Of a DNA stretch of 64,000 bases, positions 53,893-64,000 are shown piece after piece. Origin of the DNA: Auanema rhodensis (lineage: Eukaryota > Animalia > Nematoda); contig OZ059899.1 of NCBI GenBank assembly GCA_964057225.1, positions 15,748,001-15,812,000 on the forward strand, in the 5' to 3' direction. The notes beneath the pieces are model-generated. The model was not told the origin of the DNA, did not search any database, and saw only the letters and a list, made by a program, of their open reading frames with translations. The position numbers and the translations under genes are program-made. Positions within the stretch are counted from its first letter, which is position 1, and every line of letters starts with the position of its first letter.

Positions 53893-55286
53893 ATGTCTCT
53901 TTGTGCTTCTTCTTTGCAAAAGATTGCCAGACCATTGGCCAGAACCATCTACAATGATACCAGAAGCAATTTGTTAATTGGCAAGCATACTAAGGTCATC
54001 ATCCAGGTAATTTTCATATTAAACATTTATAATTATCATCATTATTATATTAGGGTTTCACTGGAAAGCAAGGAACATTCCATGGAAAACAAATGCTTGA
54101 TTATAACACCAATCTTGTTGGAGGAGTTTCCCCAAACAAGGTAATATTTATAAAAAAATGATTCACAATTTCGTTTTCTGTATTAAGGCTGGACAAACTC
54201 ATCTTGGGCTCCCAGTTTTCGGTTCTGTCGCCGAAGCTAAGGAGAGAAGCGGAGCTGATGCCACTGTTATTTATGTCCCAGCTTCTGCAGCTGCTAAGGC
54301 TATTGAAGAGGCTATTGACGCCGAGGTTTTTTTATCAAATTTGTAAATTGAATTAATATTTTTTGATTTTTAGATTGGACTTATTGTTGCCATCACTGAA
54401 GGAGTACCACAACAAGACATGGTCCGTGTAAAGAGCAAGCTCTTGAAACAAAGTATGATAATTGTTTTTCTTCTTTTTTAAAATAATTTTATTCTAGGCA
54501 AGTCTCGTCTTCTTGGACCTAACTGTCCTGGAATTATTGCTTCCGAGGAATGCAAGATTGGTATCATGCCTGGACACATCCACAAGAAGGGTATTGTAGG
54601 TATGTTATATCAAAATATATGTTCATTACGTTTTAATTTTAAAGGAGTTGTATCTCGCTCTGGAACCTTAACATATGAAGCCGTTCACCAAACTACTGCC
54701 GTCGGACTTGGACAGACTAGGCATATTAACTATCCAAATTTGGTTAAACTATTGATCTTTCAGATGTATCGGAATTGGAGGAGATCCATTCAACGGTACT
54801 GATTTCATTGACTGTCTCGAAGTCTTCTTTGCCGATCCAGAGACCAAGGGTGAGTATTTTTATTTATATATTTTTTGTTTTATTATTTTAATTTTTTTTA
54901 AAATTTTTATCTGTTGTAGGTATCATTCTTATCGGTGAAATCGGAGGTAATGCTGAAGAGCAAGCCGCTGAGTTCATCAAGAAGAGCAACAGGTAATTTA
55001 TTTATCACATTTTACTTTGTAAACTGAAATTCAGTGGAAAGCCTGTTGTTTCATTTATCGCCGGAGTTACTGCTCCACCAGGAAGAAGAATGGGACATGC
55101 CGGAGCTATCATTTCTGGTGGAAAAGGTATTATTATGAATATGAACACCTGAAAAAAACAAAAAACATAACAGGAACCGCTGATGACAAGATTGAAGCTT
55201 TGAAGTCTGCTGGAGTACACGTAACTGATTCTCCTGCCAAGTTAGGAACTACTATGGCCCAAGCCTTGCTTAACACTATTCAATAA
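53893..55286 (+). CDS. SUCLG1: Succinyl-CoA ligase alpha subunit (SUCLG1/sucl)
   Basis: [52 protein letters not shown], phospho-His motif [10 protein letters not shown]. Confidence 0.97.
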
Positions 55287-55817
55287 GCTGCTAACTTGAA
55301 TATATAGATTAAATTAGTTTTATTTTATGTTACTTTTACACGATGTAAGCATTTTTCCAACAGCCAACTGGCCTTGTGCTTGGTAGTTTCGTAGTGTTGT
55401 AATACTACTTACGAGTCTCTCAGAAAAAAAAAATTAAATATAGTGATAGAGGATATAAATTTTATTTATTTCATATGGCGATCTACGCCAATATACATGG
55501 TATTTTTGGATTTTTCTCTATTTAAGGTAATAATGACAATATAGCTACGACTGCCTGCAGACACATAATGATAAACTGATTATATAAAACATCACTAGAT
55601 AATAAGGAACCGGAAAACTATGAAAAAAAGTAAAACTGGCAATAACTCGTGGATAAAGTGCCACTACCCTTTACAATACAATACACGGGGGTTAATATTA
55701 AAAACATAATACCTAGCGCAGAATAGCCAAATGATAAAAAATCATGAAATCCTCGTTTTTTTCAATGCAAATTTTCAAGGCAATTGAATGAAAGAATGAA
55801 GAATACAACTATATACA

Positions 55818-58800
55818 TTAATGTCCTGAGACTAAGTGTCTATCCCACTACTCCAATTCGCAAACATCTTCAAGACCTTGCTTACTACTATCATCACTCT
55901 GAAAAAGCAACAGATCATTGGGTGAGTTGAGAGAAGAAATGCAGAAACTCACACGGTGTCCATCCCAATCTTCGCGCATAGCTTCTGCTATTTTCTTGCT
56001 TATATCTTCTACATTATGATCATTTGCACTTATAGTAGTAAGTACTGATTCGCTGTCATAAGAAGAGCTACATTCGATTCTGATTGAATTACCAGCTGTA
56101 ATTAGAGATTACTGAAGAATATTTGGTGTCCGACAAACCTTTGCACTCGTCATGTCGTCCGGTTTTCCCACCAATGACAACAGGAATAGATTTCATGGAT
56201 GATAGCGATTGTCTCGAGTCAGAAGGTGCCAACTAAAAACGAATAAGATAAATCAATGCTCAAAAAGGTTTCAAAATAACATACCAATTCTGGGCTACTA
56301 TCATCCTGATATTCGAAAAAGGAGAATTGGGGTACTTGCCACACACGACGAGTTGGTCCTGAATACGTTTTGATTTCCGCCTGCGGAATCCACGACTGCG
56401 TCGAGTCACAACGTTGACGAGTTTCTGAGGCACATGAGAATGACCTAAAGGAATTTCCTTGTTCCAAGGGAGGAGGTATATCAGAGTCGTTTCTGGTTCT
56501 GAAAATAAACTTGAATAAACAACTAAGAGTCAAAGCTTACCTATGAAGAATCCACATAAACGTTGGCTCAACTTCAAGCTGAGGTTCTCGTTCAGTTTGA
56601 TCCAAAGCGCCACAACCAGGAACTAATTTGTATTGAAATACAGCACCAGTTTCTGCACGACAGACAGACAAGAATTGTTCCGAACGTCCATCGTATTCTC
56701 TTGAATTGATAACTAATGACATTCTTGGGAGTTCTATGGGTCTTCTGGTAGATGATGATATTCCAAGTGGAGCCAAATCATTTGCCCAAGCAATCAAATT
56801 GTCAGGTGATATGCGTGGCTGAAAATAAATTTCATATAAACACTGAAAGAATTCTAAGGAACATACGGGAATTTTGGCAACAGCTTTAAGAAGAACTGGT
56901 GACTCTAAAGGTCCTATACGAGGATTCTGAGAGCATCGAGCTAATAATTTATTAGAATATGGATGTTCTCTATAAAATAAAAAAAGAAATAAAAGAAACT
57001 AATTTGAAAATCTTACAGAGATGTTTTAACACTTCCACTGTTCTTTCTAGAACGACCACTGTTATATGGTTCCGAAGTATCCGTCAGTCCAGCTGAACGA
57101 AGGAAACGTGATTCCCTAAATAATAATAAATTGAAAAGAATTCGAAGGAGTAGCTGAAACCTATTAGTAAAGTGACTGCCATGAGTCCTAAATGAGGGTT
57201 TTCCACCGAAAGGACACACAGCAAAGACATGAGTCGTGCCGTGATTAGTGGCCACAGCAAGCCAGCGTCCATCGAGAGAAAATGCAGTGCTAGCCACCTG
57301 AAAAAGAACATGCCTATCTTGCTGCAGACGAAAGAAAATCAATACCTTGGCTGAAGTATTTCCTCTGTATAGTCGGTACATATGATGCACTGTTCCCAAA
57401 CTAGGACTAGCTGAGTGAGGTAGTATATTGAATATGTTGAAACATGATCCGTTGACATCAGCAGTGAAAAGAAGACGCCCATCTGGTGACCAAGAGCAGT
57501 ACGAAAGAGGTTCAAGATGAGCAACAAAATGAGCATACACCCTATTCTAGAATGGATTAGAAGTGGCTTATATATAAACAAACTATATAGATTAATACCT
57601 TGCCCTCATCTTTAGCCAAATCCACGATCTTTATAATTCCCTTTGGAGTAGTTTTTGTTTTGGATACACCAGAACCTGAAACTGTTTCTACAAAATTAGC
57701 AACAGTCCTAGTTAAAGCCTAAACAAATAATTTTTATTTATCACCAGTATCTAAGTGAACAAACCTTAGCGCCACCTAACACCTGGCTAGCATAATCATC
57801 TGGAATATCGACTCCTTCTAAATCTAATCCGCAGCAACTTTGTACTTCATTATCAATCTATGAAGTGGTGGTTAGAGAAAACATAAATAATTCTAGCTTA
57901 CCTTATCTACAGCAAAAGCTAGAAGATGAGAATAAATGGCAATAGGAGGAATATTTCTTTCGATTGAATTTGAAATATTGATCTCACGTACAAGTCCATA
58001 TGATAGAGTTTCATAAATGACAGCACGGGAAGAGAAAGAAACAACGAGGAAACTGAATAAAAACAGTTTAAGATCATTAAAAATGAAACAATTAACCTTT
58101 CTGAACAGTGTAGTCCGCTAACTGGCTCTTCATAAGGTGTTGTAGCCGAAGGTAAACGATGAACCTAGAAATTAAATTTTGTTGATGAGGAAGAAGAAAC
58201 AGCTGACACTGAGCGTAGGCAGAAAAAAATTTTTAAAAAAGCGAAAACATGAAAACTAACATGTTTGTCTACCAAAGATATTATAGCGACTGTACAATAC
58301 TGCTTTTCAGGAGCTGGACTGAATGCGTCGACAAGAGCGACTTGTGGACGAAGCGAAGAAAATCTAAAAGAACTATCTAGATATAATTTTCTTCCATATA
58401 TTTTATCTTACAAATCCTTCGTTGTTTCGTTAACACCTTTCACGTTATTGGGAATTGGCACAAAAGCTCTAATTGGTCCTTGCCTTTCAGACATAACTTC
58501 TTCATACTCTCCATTATCCTAAACATAGAACTATTATTCACGTGATATTGTTCTGACTACTAACGCCCGCACACCATAATTGGTAACCACGTGCCAAACC
58601 GAGTAGCAATATATCCATCTTTTTTCTCATTTGACCAGCTATAAACATCATTACGATAAGAATATCACGTGTTTCAATTATGATGAATACCTTTCTCGAT
58701 AGTGTAATATTGAACCCATTCTACTTTTTCTGGTAAAGCAGCAGTCGATTGCTGTGAGGGTATAGCGTCTTGAACTAGTTCTGCCATGGAATTAGCAATC

Positions 58801-59423
58801 GATGTCTCCCTAGAAGTAAACAAATCAATAGATATACACAGGAAGCACTACATACGGAACATGTCTGGGCTTTACAATCTGTCCTCGATGAATATTAGGA
58901 GTTTTCTCTCTGAGTTTACTACCAGGAGAACAAATTTGTGGTGAAATAGGTTTAATGCTCGGTGTTTCAACATTTACTGAGCTAATACGTCCACAGTTTG
59001 AACGAAGAGGTGGGACAGAAACTGGACTTACATTCCCTATAGAATATATCAAAATCACAGTTGAAAAAATATATAAAATATACCGGTTAAAAGGTCGTTA
59101 AGATTTATATTTGAATTGACATCACTCTCACTGCTTATTATTTTTTCGCATTCCTTGGACCAGCCTGTAAAAATAAGGATAACTAATTCATGAATATTTT
59201 AGCCTACCTTCTGGTTCCAAAGTAACTTCTGTTAGTTGCGCAGGGTTTAATGTATTTTCTATATTTTCAGAAAGTAAATCCGCAGCAGGTAATTTTTGTG
59301 GTTGAGGTGGGACCTGTAAGGAATAGCGTTCAACAAACTCAAATACTATTACTATACCTGAACTGAAGCTTTTTCCTTCTTCTTTTTGTTTTTGCTGGCA
59401 CCTATTGACTCGTTTGGCGGCAT
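55818..59423 (-). CDS. BCAS3/Rudhira-like WD40 (PROPPIN-related) protein
   Basis: EKVEWV, LGLARGYQLW, AHFVAHLEP..WSPDGRLLFTAD..FNIF, HMYRLYRGNTSAKV..AFSLDGRWLAVATNHGTTHVFAVCPFGG, WIPQAEIKTYSGPTRRVWQVPQF. Confidence 0.88.
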
Positions 59424-59999
59424 GGCCACATCCGACATCAAATGAAAAAACTGAAATCTTAATAATGCATGAGAATGGAAAGGAAATATTCACGGAGTAT
59501 GTGAGATATGAGTGTGTTTTAATCATGCTAAAAGCACTATTGATTGGAATGATCAAGAGAAACAGAAATTTTATTAATGCTAGACCTTTAAATATACTTA
59601 AAAAAAATATAATAATATTAAATTTTATTAAATATATTAAAAATAGAGAAATTTTATCGAACATTCTTCACTCTTTTGGATCAGCTGATTTAACGAAGAG
59701 ACCGTATCGGGAAAATTGAGAGAATCGTGGTGAGACCATGAGTGAAAAGATTTTAGGCGCGAGCGGTCGGTCCGCTAGCATCCTGCAGCCCACATGAGGC
59801 TTTTCCTTGCGTTACACCTACTTTAACTAATTTAAATTTTGTTTAATATTTAATTTTCATATCAAATTATAACAACCATGCCTTACTATAATATAAATTT
59901 AATTTTTTTTCACATAAATTTCTATAATTTAAAAGTAGGCCCAATTTTTTAGACTTGCGGTAACCATTAAAAGCGTGTTAACATCAACGCTAAATTATA

Positions 60000-61373
<1,374 letters not shown>

Positions 61374-61641
61374 TTTGTGTACATAGTAAACAAGTATTAC
61401 GAAGGTTATGTGGTTGTTATTTAACAAATACATGTTTTGAAAAATTAATCTTTTGGTATGATTGTTTCTGGCTGCTGCAATTTGATCTATCTCAATGTGT
61501 TTCTAACTTGTTCTCTTTGACAGAGCCTATTTTCATTTCTTTAGTATGCTATTACCTTCCAACTTACCCTAGCTCCAGAGATATACCATGCTCTTGTTCT
61601 GATAACTCCTTCTTGTGTGCAACAATAAAGAAACCGAATAT

Positions 61642-62890
61642 TCATTCATATTGTCTTCGAAAGTATTTATAATATTTCTCACGTAAATTCTTTACTGCTG
61701 AAGCTTTCACGAAATTTTCAAAACGACGTTTTAATTCTCCTGTTACAGAAACTTGATCAAATCTAAGGCTGAAAATAATCAAATATAGACACAGAAAGAC
61801 TTTCAGCCTTTACCCTTGAACACAACTTTGCCTGCATAATATTCTCTCGTTAAAGTGAAACCGCTTGCATTTGTGTTCGCAGTGCAGATTATGAACCTAA
61901 AAATATTCAAAATATGGTTTGTGTATTATCCAAAGAACCTTCGGGATGTCGAACTGAGATATGACGGATGATACGGCAAAAATCGATCGTCCACGGTACT
62001 CTAGTACTTCCAGAATGTCTGCCGCGTGCGAATAAATTCCTGAATATTAATTTGATTCGGTCAGATATTTTCAATAGTTTTGCCATCAACAACCTAACCT
62101 ACTGTGCGATTGAGGGTTACGGTTGTGTGTACGAATGCGCTGCATTCACCCTCCAAACACCATTTATCTGAATTATTCCGTAAATCTTCAGTTCGTATGT
62201 ACTTAAATGGAATAATTTATTTCTTCGGAAAAAAACCCGATTTTACACTTTCGTTTATTAATTGTGCTATGATTTCGGGTGTTCTAGTAGAGTTTATTAC
62301 AAATAGCGCCATCTTCTCCTCTGTTTGAAGGTTTCTGTGAGCAGAAAACGATTATAAACTTCATCAGCCAACTATCCATCTTGTAATAATCACACGTAAT
62401 TAGGCACGTCATTCACGTGCAAAATGACGTCATTGTTATTTTTATTATATACTATAGGCAGATGTGAATGGTTGTGTAAATTATCAAGTTCATTTAGAAA
62501 GAAAAAGGCCGCTTTAAGACTGTTTAATCTGAAAATTATACCTAAAAATGGTTGGTGGCATGTCCACAGATGATTCATAATCAGACTTCTTTGGCAAGCG
62601 ACTATTCAGCTTATCACGAAACAGCTTTGAGATTGGGACCTGTCATGAACATATATGTAACTAAGTTTTGCTTCAAAGTTTATTTTGTCATCTTCACTGT
62701 TTTTCCCTTATAGCCACTTTCTCTCTATCTCTTTCTCTCTCTTTTTAAGCTTTTGCCTCGTTCTTTCCTTCCTTTTACTCACTATTATCTTGACATATTC
62801 GCTTTCGAAAAGTAGATTTGCCGCCGAGAATGTGATAAACCAATCGGGTGTGTGGATATGGCAACGATACATCTCGAAGAAATAGCTTAC
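61642..62890 (-). CDS. Hypothetical nematode protein, 3' part (5' end unresolved)
   Basis: Phase-consistent exons ..NLQTEEKMALFVINSTR..NES | YIRTEDL..WCLEGECSAFVH.. | GIYSHAADILEV..DIPK | VHNLHCEHKCKRF..LCRQSCVQG | LRFDQV..YFRRQYE*. Confidence 0.65.
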
Positions 62891-63140
62891 CATGACGTGT
62901 CTCAATATTTCTTCGTCTGCTGTTTTTTGAATTTCATGGACTGGCCTCTCTATCAGCTACTGATCTACCCCTCCTCTCTTTCCCGTCTCTTTCAATATCT
63001 CTCGCTCTCTCTATTCAGTCATTCTTTCTTTTCTTGATGACGGGATGTCTCAACCACAACAACTAATAGTAGCATCGTCTACAATGAATTCTACTTCCAT
63101 ATCCACTTTGTAAAGATAAAATCATGTTTTTCCATTCTTC

Positions 63141-63142
<2 letters not shown>

Positions 63143-63176
<34 letters not shown>
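63143..63176 (+). repeat. (TA)n microsatellite
   Basis: Direct inspection. Confidence 0.95.
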
Positions 63177-63178
<2 letters not shown>

Positions 63179-63961
63179 GAATCCTATTTTCAGAGGTATA
63201 TTGTAAATATGTGATGTTGTTGATCAGTTTATATCATTGTTGTCGCCGTATTAGTCAGAAGTGAAAGAGAAAATTAAACCAAATTATGTGTATCATAGAG
63301 ATAATTGCTTCTTTGTCTTAATCTAAGCGGTTTCTTTCGTTTAAAACTGATTCCAATGTCAACTATTGTGCTCTTAAACGGCGATAGAGCTGAGAACGAG
63401 AAAAGGAATTTCAACGGAGGTGAATGAAAAATGACTAAAAGACAGACGATTCTCCATTTCCTTCGAACGTGATGATTCGAAGCCCCATGACACTTGCATA
63501 GTATAAAGAGAGTCCTTCATATCATGCTTCAACCATGTAGAACAGAAAGACGAGAATGAAAGGGCTGCGTATGTGTTGGGGCAGAAGAAACCACATCAAT
63601 CAGCTCATTATGCGCATTATGATTTTTCTTTTGTAATTCATCCTTTCTTCCATACTCTCCATCTATTTATCTCTCTGGCGATGTCTTTCCCCCTCTTTAT
63701 ATCTCTAATTCTCTCTTCTTCGATAACATACGTATACACCGCTTGTGCTAGCTTCTGATCTCATGGGAACAAAGAATCATTCTAAAATAGCTTATCAAGC
63801 AAAGCATTTTGCAATTTAGAAAACATTTCCAAATGTTGTGAATAATTCTTTCACTTTTTGCCCAAAAATAATTTCCTCTCTCAATTTCTGAAATCTATAT
63901 CCGTTTATCATGTGAATTCATGAGCTCTTTCTTCCACCCACCCAACCTCTCTCTTCCTCTC

Positions 63962-63967
<6 letters not shown>

Positions 63968-64000
<33 letters not shown>
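63968..64000 (+). repeat. (CT)n microsatellite running to the window end
   Basis: Direct inspection. Confidence 0.95.

Overview
AT-rich, gene-dense nematode (rhabditid-like) nuclear DNA. Genes are split by many ~40-50 nt introns with TTTCAG/TTTTAG acceptors, so the ORF track shows only fragments. I spliced about 22 protein-coding genes by eye, so exon boundaries are approximate. Left to right: a partial unknown gene, a SWIB/MDM2-domain gene, mrg-1, a transthyretin-like gene, two orphan genes, a prolylcarboxypeptidase, and a six-gene minus-strand operon-like run (NDUFS8, ADAR/adr-2, HAD hydrolase, cramped-like, TRAP1/hsp-75, derlin). Head-to-head with that run is henn-1. An ~8.7 kb microsatellite-rich gene-poor tract follows, then an EF-hand gene and a plus-strand operon-like run (MAPR/vem-1-like, emb-1, TUT4/7-like cde-1, pup-2-like). 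The right end holds a PAN + metal-less SOD-fold GPI protein, succinyl-CoA ligase alpha, a BCAS3-like gene, PP1 gsp-2 and a partial orphan. Highlights: four RNA-modifying enzymes (ADAR, HEN1, two TUTases) within ~26 kb; an ADAR with substitutions at its base-flipping and IP6 positions; a pseudo-SOD domain; a 22-bp intronic hairpin over a splice acceptor; GC-AG introns; and a 73-aa emb-1 gene absent from the ORF track. I found no tRNA, rRNA, CRISPR array or intact transposon. Ortholog names come from recognised motifs and recalled C. elegans gene order, not from database searches.
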